Below are positions 10,283-20,204 of a stretch of DNA of 64,000 nt, piece by piece. The first letter of the stretch is position 1. Every line of letters starts with the position of its first letter. The notes beneath the pieces were generated by a model that was given only the letters and a program-made list of their open reading frames with translations, was not told the origin of the DNA and ran no database searches. The translations under genes were made by a program, and so were the position numbers. Source of the stretch: Bdellovibrionales bacterium (lineage in GTDB: Bacteria > Bdellovibrionota > Bdellovibrionia > Bdellovibrionales > JAUICD01); assembly GCA_965262715.1 (NCBI GenBank), contig OZ253553.1, forward strand, positions 2,848,001 through 2,912,000. The letters run 5' to 3'.

Positions 10283-10939
10283 TTATGATCTATAATTACT
10301 TGTCATTATTTCTTTACAATATGCTGTTATCTCCTTATTAACATTTAGTTTATCACATAATACATCAAGTAGGTTATTTAATGCGTCCTTATCTCCAGTA
10401 ACCATTTCATAAAAAGACATACCATCTATTTTATACAATTCTTTCTTACTTCCCAATTTTTTTAACCTTTCTTTATAGTATTTAGCTTTTTTAGGAAGGA
10501 TAGATACGAGGTAACCTTTCCAACAACCTCTTTTTAGTTCAAGTGCTGTTTGTAACTTACTATAAACTTTATCTTTATTATCTTTATTCATTGTATTGTG
10601 CTTATTTTTGATCTCTGCTAATATTTTTTTTTCTAGGTTTTCAAGATCATAACCTGAATCATAATTTTCCCATCCACTAACAGAGCCCAAAATATTTTGA
10701 TGAAAATTTCCGATTGCATTAGACATTCCTCTAAGTGCTGAATTTTTATCTTGCAGTTCTAATAGATCTGATTTTTGTTTTATTTCAAAAGTATTTGTAA
10801 TTAGTAATGAATAAAAAGGGTCCACTCCATTCTTTTTTTGCCGTGATGTAACATTTTTTAAGGATTTTCTTGCGCTCTCACAAAGTTTTTCTATAGCACT
10901 ATCGAGATCTTTTTCAGAGATCCATTGTAAGCTGTTCAT
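10283..10939 (-). CDS. Type II restriction endonuclease, Eco47II-like PD-(D/E)xK
   Basis: NAIGNFHQNILG and YDL...AEIKNKHNTMN motifs; overlaps the upstream MTase gene. Confidence 0.75.
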   Translation of the reverse strand: MNSLQWISEKDLDSAIEKLCESARKSLKNVTSRQKKNGVDPFYSLLITNTFEIKQKSDLLELQDKNSALRGMSNAIGNFHQNILGSVSGWENYDSGYDLENLEKKILAEIKNKHNTMNKDNKDKVYSKLQTALELKRGCWKGYLVSILPKKAKYYKERLKKLGSKKELYKIDGMSFYEMVTGDKDALNNLLDVLCDKLNVNKEITAYCKEIMTSNYRS

Positions 10940-11777
10940 TTTTTCCCCTCTCTTGATTGATTATATAATCAGGGTTGATTTCAATGCCAATAGGGATACG
11001 TTGCAAGCTGGATGTGACTTTAAATGTTGTGCCGCTTCCAGAGAAAGGATCTAAAACCACATCACCTTTATCGGTAAAAAGCTTGATAAAAAACTCTGGC
11101 AGCCATTCTGGAAAGGCAGCACTATGCCCTGTATTGTGGCAAACAGGTGGTTTATGTAAGACATTTGAAGGATAAACAGAGTCTTTACCCTCCCATGCAG
11201 AGATGCGACGGCCAATCTTTGATTGAGTTGCAGAATCCATGCGGCGTCTATCATTTTGGCTCATATTTTTTAAACGAGCATTTGTCCAATGACCAATAGG
11301 TATACGTACGGCATTCTGTCTCATTTTAAAATCTTTAGTCTTACTAAAATGAAGGAGTCTTTCCCATGAATCACGGAAGCGGTACTTCCACTTACCCGGT
11401 GCAGCTGTTGTTTTATGCCATATATACTCTTCTACCCATCTAAATCCAATTTGTCTTTTAAGTGCTAAAATCAATTCAATCACATAAGGATGCCTCTCTC
11501 CTTCTACAGCTTTTTCTTTGATATTTAACACAAAAGATCCAGAAGGTTTTAAGATGCGGTACATTTCTTTTGATCTTTGAATGAACCAATCTGAGTAATC
11601 ATCAGGAGAAATGCCTCCATAAGTGTGTCTGCGAGCATCCGCATAAGGAGGTGATGTCACAATAAGGTCAATAGAGTTCTCTGACATTTTACGCATAATA
11701 TCAAGACAGTCACCGTTATGGATCTTATTTTGCCATTTTATAGGCTCATTATATATGTTAATAGTTTTTTGAGTCAT
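10914..11777 (-). CDS. Site-specific DNA amino-methyltransferase, beta class (probably N4-cytosine)
   Basis: TSPPY catalytic motif N-terminal, VLDPFSGSGTT SAM-binding motif C-terminal. Confidence 0.9.
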   Translation of the reverse strand: MTQKTINIYNEPIKWQNKIHNGDCLDIMRKMSENSIDLIVTSPPYADARRHTYGGISPDDYSDWFIQRSKEMYRILKPSGSFVLNIKEKAVEGERHPYVIELILALKRQIGFRWVEEYIWHKTTAAPGKWKYRFRDSWERLLHFSKTKDFKMRQNAVRIPIGHWTNARLKNMSQNDRRRMDSATQSKIGRRISAWEGKDSVYPSNVLHKPPVCHNTGHSAAFPEWLPEFFIKLFTDKGDVVLDPFSGSGTTFKVTSSLQRIPIGIEINPDYIINQERGKNEQLTMDL

Positions 11778-12036
11778 GTTATTGCCTTTTGAGGGAAAAT
11801 GTATTTACATTGTTTTTTTGGTTTATATAAGGTTTATTTTATTTATCATAAATGATGCCATGCATTGTCAATGAGATACAAATGTAAAAGCTATTTTGAA
11901 ACGACTTAAGGCATTTAGCTTATTATATTGCAGAATGGTTTTATTGCACAAAGCACTTGTAGGCTAATGCAAATATGTAGATAAGTACAAAAACTTACTT
12001 TGCAAAGGCTCCTAAAAACAGTTTAAGGAATATATT

Positions 12037-12567
12037 ATGATTCTTTCTGACCAAACTATAAAAAAAATGATTGAAAATAAGGAGCTTATTGCTGAACCTC
12101 TTTGTAAAGAGTCTTTGCAGTCGGCGTCTTTAGATTGCCGTTTAGGAAATCACTTTCTAAAGTTTAAAAAAAATCAATCAGTCATTGATTTATCAGACAA
12201 ATGTGAATATGAAGAGATACAAGCACGGTCAATAATTATAGACCCTCACTCCTTTTTACTAGCTACAACAATGGAATACATTGGGTTACCTGATTACATC
12301 ACATCATTTGTAGAAGGTAGAAGCTCAGTAGGACGTATTGGGTTGTTTATTCAAAACGCTGGGTGGATTGACCCTGGATTTAAGGGTCATATTACTTTAG
12401 AGCTTTATAATGCAAATCATCTGCCTATAAAACTCACGGCAGGTCGACGTATCTGCCAGCTTGTTTTTTGTAAAATGGACCTGCGTTCTCAAGTTCCTTA
12501 TAAAGGAAAATATCAAGGACAAACCAGAGCCACAGGATCTAAAATCTTTGAAGATAAAGATATCTAA
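12037..12567 (+). CDS. dcd: dCTP deaminase
   Basis: MILSD start, EGRSSVGRIG, AGWIDPGFKGHITLEL, YKGKYQGQ. Confidence 0.93.
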   Translation: MILSDQTIKKMIENKELIAEPLCKESLQSASLDCRLGNHFLKFKKNQSVIDLSDKCEYEEIQARSIIIDPHSFLLATTMEYIGLPDYITSFVEGRSSVGRIGLFIQNAGWIDPGFKGHITLELYNANHLPIKLTAGRRICQLVFCKMDLRSQVPYKGKYQGQTRATGSKIFEDKDI

Positions 12568-12787
12568 AGCGCAACCAGAATACATAAACTTCTTTATAAG
12601 ATCAGGCAGTTTCAAATGAAATCAAAAATAAAAAACTCTTTTCTTTTAGGTTTTTTTTATCAAAATAATTCATTTCTGAAGTTCTTATTTTAGTAACACC
12701 TTAGATTCTTTAAACAAAGTTCTTCAAAGGTAAAGTACATGCGTATATGTTATATTCATAAAATTGAAAGATGCAAAAACAAACATT

Positions 12788-13141
12788 TTACCTTCCTACT
12801 CCAATTTTTTGATGAATAACACTAGCAGGAGCTCTAACAGGAGCTCTACTAGCAGGAGTTCTGTTTGAACTTATAACTTCTCTATAAGATAGAACTGCAG
12901 ATGTAGGTATAGTTATATGGACTTGCTGTCCTGTTGTAAATTGTTGATAAGCTTGAAGCAGCTTTGAACACTCAACATTTATGAGGCTTTGATCTGTCTG
13001 AATCTGATAGATTCCCTCATTATAAGACTTAATCTTTCCATGAATATCAACAGTAGCTTCACCAAAACTGTTGGTTAATGGAAAAGACAAAAGAAAAGAA
13101 AAAGATATAACACTTGTTATTTTTTCTAATTTTGATTTCAT
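12788..13141 (-). CDS. Hypothetical secreted protein with RxPAS motifs
   Basis: Signal-peptide-like N-terminus; RTPAS/RAPAS near the C-terminus. Confidence 0.6.
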   Translation of the reverse strand: MKSKLEKITSVISFSFLLSFPLTNSFGEATVDIHGKIKSYNEGIYQIQTDQSLINVECSKLLQAYQQFTTGQQVHITIPTSAVLSYREVISSNRTPASRAPVRAPASVIHQKIGVGR

Positions 13142-13460
13142 TATAATACTCCTTAAAAAATGGTTAATATTGCTACATAAATATTAATTAGAAACTACAT
13201 TATGTATACTTATAGAGATGATTTTATTAGCTATCGGCTGATTTCAGTAAAAGATGAATAAAAAATATTGAAATTTGAAGAATGGAAGAATTAAATTTGA
13301 ATTTTTTAAAAATTATATATCTATATAACACAAGAAAGTAAAACCCCAATAAATAAATCAATATGTGGATTATCTATATATACTAAGTTGATGATAAAAT
13401 CAAGTACATCGTTGAAATAAAATTCTTTTTTTTGATAACTCCTTATTATAAGGTGAGAAC

Positions 13461-15521
13461 TTAGCCAGATGTAGCAAGAGCAAGTCGTCCATCTTTCTTT
13501 GAAAGCTCTGACTTTAGTGTTCTATGTTGAGATAGATGAGGATCTTTTTGAAAAAGCTCATGAGCCGCTCTATGCGCTTGCAGGAGAATGTCTTTATCTC
13601 TTATAACATTTGCCATTTTAAAACCATCAATCCCAGATTGACGTGTTCCTAAAACATCACCAGGCCCTCTAAGTTCTAGATCTTTATCAGCTATTTGAAA
13701 TCCATCATTTGTTTGTTCTAAAATACGAATGCGCTGCATGCTCTCTCTGGATACTCTTTGTCCTAACATCAAGATACAGTAACTCTTATAAAGTCCTCTG
13801 CCTACTCTTCCTCTTAATTGATGAAGTTGAGACAATCCGAAACACTCTGCATGTTCTATTAAGATCAAGTTGACATTAGAAACATCCATACCTACCTCTA
13901 TCACTGTTGTAGAAACTAGAGCTTGAATCTCAGCTTTTTTAAAAGCATTCATAATAGCCTCTTTTTCTGGAGGCTTTAACTTTCCATGTATAAGTCCTAA
14001 GGAAAACTCTTGAAACTCTTTTTTCAAATTTTCAAACTCTGAGACAGCATCTTTTAAGAAATCTCTTTTTTCACTTTCTTCAACTAGAGGATAAACAATA
14101 TACACTTGACGACCTTGATTTAACTGTTGCCTGATGAACTCCATAACTTTTCTTCTTTGATGTTCCTTTACCATTCTAGTTACAATAGGCGTCCTCCCAG
14201 AAGGCATTTGATCTATAATAGACACATCTAAATCTCCATAGAGTGTTAGTGAAAGTGATCTGGGAATAGGCGTGGCTGTCATAACCAACAGATGTGAGCC
14301 TTTAACTTTTAATTGTCTTCTCTGATGGACACCAAATCGATGTTGTTCATCGATAATAGATAAAGCTAAGTTTTTAAACTTTACATCTTCTTGTATCAAA
14401 GCATGGGTACCAATACACAATTGAACTTCTGACTTTTGTATTTGTAATAATTTCTCTGTTCTTTCTGATTTTTTGATTTGTCCTGTCAGCAATGTAATAG
14501 GAATGCCAAGTTGAGAAAATAATTTTTTTGCATTTTGGTAATGTTGTTCTGCTAAAACCTCTGTTGGTACCATAAAAGCAACTTGGTATCCATTAATAAT
14601 GGCATGAAGCGCAGCTAGGAAAGCCACTACTGTTTTGCCGCATCCTACATCTCCTTGGATTAACCGGTGCATAGGTCTTGCAAGTTTTAAATCTTGTTGA
14701 ATATCTTCAAGAACACGCACTTGAGCTGAAGTCAAAGACAAGCTTAATATATTAAGCGCTTTTTCTTGGAAGCTTTGGCTATCTTTATCCATAGCAAAAG
14801 ATCTTGTTTGTGGACTTAAGGATTTTCTAGCAAGAGCTGTCAGTTGCATCCAAAAGAATTCTTCAAATTTAATTCTTCTTTGAGCTTGAGATTTTCCTGA
14901 ATGGAGAGCATCGATCATATCACTTTTAGGTTGATGGAGATGTTGCAAAGCTGTTTCTTTTGGAATGAGTTGGTATTCTTGTCTTAACCATTCTGGGAGG
15001 AAATCTTGGACTTTTCCCTGTATAGCTTTTAAGGCTGTTTTTATAATACGTAATAACTTCTTATGACTAATAGGATCCATATCTGGGTAAAGAGGGACAA
15101 TTTGATCAAAGTTTTCTTCTTCTGTATAGTCGAGGATATCAGGATGACGAAATTCCTTTTTATCTTGATAAAGGCTTACCCGTCCCTCAACACGCACTTT
15201 CATATCTGGCTTAAATCTATCAAAGTATCCTCTGTAAGGTTGTTTAAAGTATTTGCAGCTAATATATCCAAAGTCGTCTCTTAAAATCACATCCCATATT
15301 CTAGAACGTCTATAGAAATTAACAGACACTACATAAGCCACAAGGCTTACATCTTCCCCTTCCCTTACATCTCTAATGGACTGATAGGCTCTATAATCTC
15401 GATAGCCTCTAGGATAGGTTTGCAAAAGATCTTCTACAGTTTTAATACCTTTTCTTTCTAATACCTTAGCTAGCTGAGGCCCAACACCTTTTAAATACTG
15501 TACAGAAGTTGAAAGTTCCAT
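13461..15521 (-). CDS. recG: ATP-dependent DNA helicase RecG
   Basis: QGDVGCGKT, DEQHRFG, MTATPIPR, QLHQLRGRVGRG, DLELRGPG. Confidence 0.97.
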   Translation of the reverse strand: MELSTSVQYLKGVGPQLAKVLERKGIKTVEDLLQTYPRGYRDYRAYQSIRDVREGEDVSLVAYVVSVNFYRRSRIWDVILRDDFGYISCKYFKQPYRGYFDRFKPDMKVRVEGRVSLYQDKKEFRHPDILDYTEEENFDQIVPLYPDMDPISHKKLLRIIKTALKAIQGKVQDFLPEWLRQEYQLIPKETALQHLHQPKSDMIDALHSGKSQAQRRIKFEEFFWMQLTALARKSLSPQTRSFAMDKDSQSFQEKALNILSLSLTSAQVRVLEDIQQDLKLARPMHRLIQGDVGCGKTVVAFLAALHAIINGYQVAFMVPTEVLAEQHYQNAKKLFSQLGIPITLLTGQIKKSERTEKLLQIQKSEVQLCIGTHALIQEDVKFKNLALSIIDEQHRFGVHQRRQLKVKGSHLLVMTATPIPRSLSLTLYGDLDVSIIDQMPSGRTPIVTRMVKEHQRRKVMEFIRQQLNQGRQVYIVYPLVEESEKRDFLKDAVSEFENLKKEFQEFSLGLIHGKLKPPEKEAIMNAFKKAEIQALVSTTVIEVGMDVSNVNLILIEHAECFGLSQLHQLRGRVGRGLYKSYCILMLGQRVSRESMQRIRILEQTNDGFQIADKDLELRGPGDVLGTRQSGIDGFKMANVIRDKDILLQAHRAAHELFQKDPHLSQHRTLKSELSKKDGRLALATSG

Positions 15522-15713
15522 GTTGTTTCACTAAAAATGAACCAGCCTCTCAAGGCGAGCCTCTCAAGGCGAACCTCTCGAGGCGAGCCTCTGGCTGTTT
15601 TGGGACAGTCAGCTTGACGGTTTACACCGTCAATAAAATGCTGACTGTCTCAAAAATCCGTTCATTTTTAGTAAGGAGACTCCTTTCATTTTTTTACACA
15701 ATGTTAAGGAAAT
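15522..15713 (-). repeat. Structured hairpin element, copy H1 (abuts the recG start codon)
   Basis: Nested stems ctaaaaatgaac/gttcatttttag, gacagtcagc/gctgactgtc, ttgacggt-ttac-accgtcaa; tail acacaatgttaaggaaat; internal 14-bp repeat gcctctcaaggcga x3. Confidence 0.8.
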
Positions 15714-15771
15714 CGTTTTATTTCCCTACCTTATTCTTATTTCCTCTCTTAACAAATTACCTAAATCTTTA

Positions 15772-15956
15772 CTGTTTCCCTAGAAAGCTTGAGGCTCGCC
15801 TCGAGAGGCATTTTTAGGAGGGAGATTCTTTTCATTTTTTAACATAATGTTAAGGAAATCGTTCACTGCCTCACCTTCTATACTCTCTCTTATTAACAAA
15901 TCATCTCAAATCGTAACTCTAAAGATTTTTTCCCCGTCTTTTCTAAAAAAACAACA
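15772..15956 (-). repeat. Internally deleted hairpin-element copy plus extended tail; tail is inverted-homologous to 22616-22835
   Basis: gaggctcgcctcgagagg, tttttaggagggagat and aatgttaaggaaatcg motifs are shared with other copies. Confidence 0.65.
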
Positions 15957-16127
15957 TATCTTCCTAGCTTTCTTTTTTTTATTTTTTTGATGATAAGTGT
16001 TTTATTAACCTTCTACTTCAAGACTTAAGTAAAGTAAATACATTTGCCCATTCGTGTCTGAAACAAAAGAGATTTATTATGATAATATAACCTAAGTAAT
16101 AGTATTTTAATAAGACAGGCAAAAAGA

Positions 16128-18479
16128 ATGGTCATGAAACTTCCCCAATTTATTATTTTTACACTAGCTATCATATTGCTTAATCTTTTTAATGCAAGCC
16201 ATTTTGATGGTGACGGTTTAAAGTCAGGGCTCTATCAAGAGGTATTTGCACAGATCCCAAGCAAAGGTCCTATTATTCCACCACCCCCTTCTCCTAATAA
16301 GGCTTTTACCTCTAATGAATCACCTTCTTCTACAACGAGTGAAACAATGAATAAACAAGATTTTGCTAACGCTTATCCTGAAGATATCACCAATGAGAAC
16401 TTTCCTGACCTTGTAGAAAGCTTTGATTTTAAAAATGCGCATATAAAGGTCGTCACTGAGGCTATTTCAAAACTAACGGGAAGAAACTTTATCATAGATT
16501 CAGCAGTTAATGGAACAATCACCATTATTGCGCCTTCTAGTATCACAGTTGCAGAAGCTTATAAGGCTTTCTTATCAGCACTTGCCATCAATAACCTAAC
16601 AGTAGTTCCTGCAGGCAAATTTTTGAAAGTCACAACTCTTATTAAGGCAAAAGGAAGTAGTGAGGTTTTTTCAGGCACTTATACACCTGATACAGACCAA
16701 ATGATCACTCGTATCATTCAACTAAAGCATTCAAATGTCGCGCAAGTTAGTCAGTTCATCAATAAAGCTGTTTCACCACAGGGTAATCTTCAAAGTTATG
16801 AGCCCACCAACACACTTGTGATCACAGATTTTGGTTCTAAAATTAACAACTTCATGAAAATCATTAGACAAATTGACGAATCTAGTGTAAATGAACAAAT
16901 GGCTGTTATGCCCATTCGATTTGCAAAAGCCAAAGACATTGCTGAGTTATTAGAAAAAATCATTAATAAAGGGCAACCACCACCTAGAGGTGGTCGACCT
17001 AATATTCCTCGATTTAGACAAAAAAAAGGTCGTACAGCTCAGAAAAAAGGTTCTGCCTTTTCACTTGTGCTGCCTGATGAAAGAACAAACTCTATTATTG
17101 TTTTAGCAAATCAACAAGGTATTGCAGAGGTGCGTAGGTTAATTAAACAACTTGATTTTGACATCAATCCAGAAGATGCAGGAGGACTTTATGTCTACTA
17201 TGTCAAACATGCTAAAGCAGAAGATATTGCAAATACAATCAATGGCATTGCTCAGCAATCTAAAAAAGATGCAAAGAGTCGACCTATAATCCCAAGTAAG
17301 ACAAATAGACCTTCTAGTACCCCATCAGGTTCGGTTGGATTCTTAGGAGAAGAAGTCAAAATCACATTTGATGAGCAGACGAATAGCTTGATCATTGCAG
17401 CAAGTCGTCAGGATTATGAGATTGTTTTAAATCTTTTATCTAAAATTGACATCCCTAGAGACCAGGTTTTTGTAGAAGCCATTATTCTTGAAATGAGAGT
17501 CACAGATGAACTTTCTTATGGGTTTAATCTTTTTCAGTTTGCACAAGGCTCAAAAGGACTAGGTAGAATAGGTTTTGGAAGCCCAGATCTTATGACAAAG
17601 ATTACAAATATTGGCACGCCAGGCTTGGTCTTAGGATTTGGAAGAGGAGAAGATGTGAGTATTAGAAATCCACTTGGTACTCCAGCAGAAATAAATGTTA
17701 AATCTATAATGGGATTCATAAATCTTCTTAAAACTGTAACTAAGGTAAATATTCTATCCACACCTCAAATTTTAGCTCTTGATAATGCAGAAGCAGAAAT
17801 TGAAGTAGGGGAAAGAGTTTCCATTGGGCAAAGCAATCAACTAAGTTCTCCAGGCAATCCAATATTACAGAATCCTACCTATGAAGATGCCACTATTAAG
17901 CTTGCCATCACTCCACAAATTAGCTCAGATAAGGAGACTGTGCGTTTAAATATTGATCAACAAATAAAAGAGGTTGTTACTGTTGTTGGTGCTCCTCCAA
18001 ATTTTACTACACGATCTTTAAAGTCTGATGTGGTTGTTCAAAATGGAGATACAATTGTGCTTGGAGGATTAATGAAAGATATAGAAAGGCCAATAATAAA
18101 TAAAGTTCCTATCTTAGGAGATATTCCTATACTGGGTTGGTTATTTAAAAGCAAATCACGTACGATTGATAAGCTGAACCTACTGATTTTTCTCACACCT
18201 CGCATTATACAAAACCGCACAGATGCGAGGGCTCTTTCTGATTTAAAGGTTAAAGAGAGATTGCAGTTTATTAAAGATACAGGAGGCGAAGATTTTCACG
18301 GTCGTAAGATAGAGGAGATCCGCATAGCTAATGCAAGAAACAATGTGGCTACAGAAGACTTGTCAGAAGAAGGCATAGAAGATTTACAAGAAGAAGAATT
18401 ACTAGAAGAAACAGAAAATTATGATGATGATGATAGTCTAGAAGAGGATATAGAAGATTTAGAGAACATAGAGTTATAA
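16128..18479 (+). CDS. gspD: Type II secretion system secretin GspD
   Basis: N0/N domains, QVFVEAIILE, ILSTPQILALDN, KVPILGDIPILGWLFK, LLIFLTPRII. Confidence 0.93.
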   Translation: MVMKLPQFIIFTLAIILLNLFNASHFDGDGLKSGLYQEVFAQIPSKGPIIPPPPSPNKAFTSNESPSSTTSETMNKQDFANAYPEDITNENFPDLVESFDFKNAHIKVVTEAISKLTGRNFIIDSAVNGTITIIAPSSITVAEAYKAFLSALAINNLTVVPAGKFLKVTTLIKAKGSSEVFSGTYTPDTDQMITRIIQLKHSNVAQVSQFINKAVSPQGNLQSYEPTNTLVITDFGSKINNFMKIIRQIDESSVNEQMAVMPIRFAKAKDIAELLEKIINKGQPPPRGGRPNIPRFRQKKGRTAQKKGSAFSLVLPDERTNSIIVLANQQGIAEVRRLIKQLDFDINPEDAGGLYVYYVKHAKAEDIANTINGIAQQSKKDAKSRPIIPSKTNRPSSTPSGSVGFLGEEVKITFDEQTNSLIIAASRQDYEIVLNLLSKIDIPRDQVFVEAIILEMRVTDELSYGFNLFQFAQGSKGLGRIGFGSPDLMTKITNIGTPGLVLGFGRGEDVSIRNPLGTPAEINVKSIMGFINLLKTVTKVNILSTPQILALDNAEAEIEVGERVSIGQSNQLSSPGNPILQNPTYEDATIKLAITPQISSDKETVRLNIDQQIKEVVTVVGAPPNFTTRSLKSDVVVQNGDTIVLGGLMKDIERPIINKVPILGDIPILGWLFKSKSRTIDKLNLLIFLTPRIIQNRTDARALSDLKVKERLQFIKDTGGEDFHGRKIEEIRIANARNNVATEDLSEEGIEDLQEEELLEETENYDDDDSLEEDIEDLENIEL

Positions 18480-18497
18480 AGATTAAGGGTTTTAAAA

Positions 18498-20204
18498 ATG
18501 CCAAATGAAAATATGGAAAGCCTAATCTTTAGATATACAAAAATATCTCGCCCAGAAATTAAAGGGATTTTAGCTCATAACACCAAAAACGGTAAGAGTT
18601 TAGGCGAAATCCTTAGTGAAAGAAAAGAGGGAAAAAAAGATAAAGAAGAATCCATTGATGTTATTTTAGCAACGCTCTCTTATCATCTTAAGCTTGATTA
18701 TATAAAAGATATTCCTATCAATGATATACCTATAGATCTCATTAGAAACCTACCCTTAAAATATGCCACAGACAATGCTATTTTGCCGTACAAATCAGAT
18801 AATCGAGGCATCACCGTCTTGCTATCTAATCCTTTTAATTTAGATATCCTCAATGATCTTAAAGCTTTTTTTGGAAAGAAGATTATTCCAATATTATCTA
18901 CTTCTACTAAGATCCAAGATGCGATCAATAAAGTCTATGAAAAGGGTGCAGCTACTTTTGAGGGGCTTGATGAAATAGAAGAAGAAGAATATGACCTAGA
19001 GGAACCTATCATCGATCTTTTGGAATCTGGAGATGATGATGCTCCGGTGATCAGATTGGTTAATAACTTACTTTTCCGCGCTGTCAAAGAAAAGGCTTCA
19101 GATATTCATATTGAACCCTATGAAAGAGATATGGTTGTACGCTTTCGAATAGACGGTATTCTTTATGATATTTTTAAACCCCCTAAAAAGTTTCAAAATG
19201 CCATTACATCTCGTATCAAAGTGATGGGGCATCTGAATATTGCTGAAAAGAGACTCCCACAAGATGGTCGTATTCCTTTAAAGTTTGCTGGAAAAGACAT
19301 TGATGTGAGGCTGAACACTGTACCCACTGCGCACGGAGAACGCCTGGTGATGCGTTTGCAAGACCGTTCCAATGTGATACTTGAACTAGAACAACTAGGG
19401 TTTCCTAAAGACACTCTTGAAACACTTTCTGAACAGCTTTCTAAAACACACGGTATTGTTTTAGTGACAGGACCTACAGGAAGTGGAAAATCAACAACTC
19501 TCTATGCGGGGCTTATGAAAATCAACTCTGTTGAACGAAATATTATTACTGTAGAAGACCCTGTTGAAAATCGTATTCATGGTATAGGTCAGATCCAAGT
19601 GAACTCTAAGATTGGGTTAACTTTTGCTAATGGGTTAAGAGCTATTTTACGTCAAGATCCGGATGTGATCATGATCGGAGAAATTCGAGATTTTGAAACA
19701 GCTGAGATTGCGATCAATGCATCTCTAACAGGGCACTTAGTGTTATCAACACTACATACAAATGATGCAGCGGGTGCTGTTCCAAGGCTTATGGATATGG
19801 GTTGTGAGCCATTTTTGATCTCTAGCTCCTTACTTTGTATTATTGCGCAAAGGTTGGTCCGAATGCTTTGTCCTCACTGTAAGGTAAAGTACAAGCTTTC
19901 GCAAGAAGATATTGCTACTTTAGGTATCACACCTGATATTGTAGCTAGAAGTAATCCTTTTAAGGCTATAGGTTGCAATCAATGCAATCAAAAAGGGTAT
20001 GTAGGAAGAACTGTGATTTCAGAATGCTTAGTTGTCACAGATGAAATTCGTAAGTTGATCTTAAGAAGACAAGATGGTGGCACAGTCAAGAAGGCAGCTG
20101 TTAGAAATAAAATGAGAACCGTACACTTAGACGGCATTCGAAAAATCCTCACAGGAGTTACTACAATAGAAGAGCTTCTTTCTAATTCTCAAGCTGATGA
20201 CTAA
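18498..20204 (+). CDS. gspE: Type II secretion system ATPase GspE
   Basis: ASDIHIEP, GPTGSGKSTT, LRQDPDVIMIGEIRD, two CxxC motifs; follows gspD. Confidence 0.93.
   Translation: MPNENMESLIFRYTKISRPEIKGILAHNTKNGKSLGEILSERKEGKKDKEESIDVILATLSYHLKLDYIKDIPINDIPIDLIRNLPLKYATDNAILPYKSDNRGITVLLSNPFNLDILNDLKAFFGKKIIPILSTSTKIQDAINKVYEKGAATFEGLDEIEEEEYDLEEPIIDLLESGDDDAPVIRLVNNLLFRAVKEKASDIHIEPYERDMVVRFRIDGILYDIFKPPKKFQNAITSRIKVMGHLNIAEKRLPQDGRIPLKFAGKDIDVRLNTVPTAHGERLVMRLQDRSNVILELEQLGFPKDTLETLSEQLSKTHGIVLVTGPTGSGKSTTLYAGLMKINSVERNIITVEDPVENRIHGIGQIQVNSKIGLTFANGLRAILRQDPDVIMIGEIRDFETAEIAINASLTGHLVLSTLHTNDAAGAVPRLMDMGCEPFLISSSLLCIIAQRLVRMLCPHCKVKYKLSQEDIATLGITPDIVARSNPFKAIGCNQCNQKGYVGRTVISECLVVTDEIRKLILRRQDGGTVKKAAVRNKMRTVHLDGIRKILTGVTTIEELLSNSQADD

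Noticed and set aside
15509..15817. 102-aa ORF upstream of recG
   Set aside because: Lies wholly on the non-coding hairpin element; the frame is not evidently conserved in other copies.
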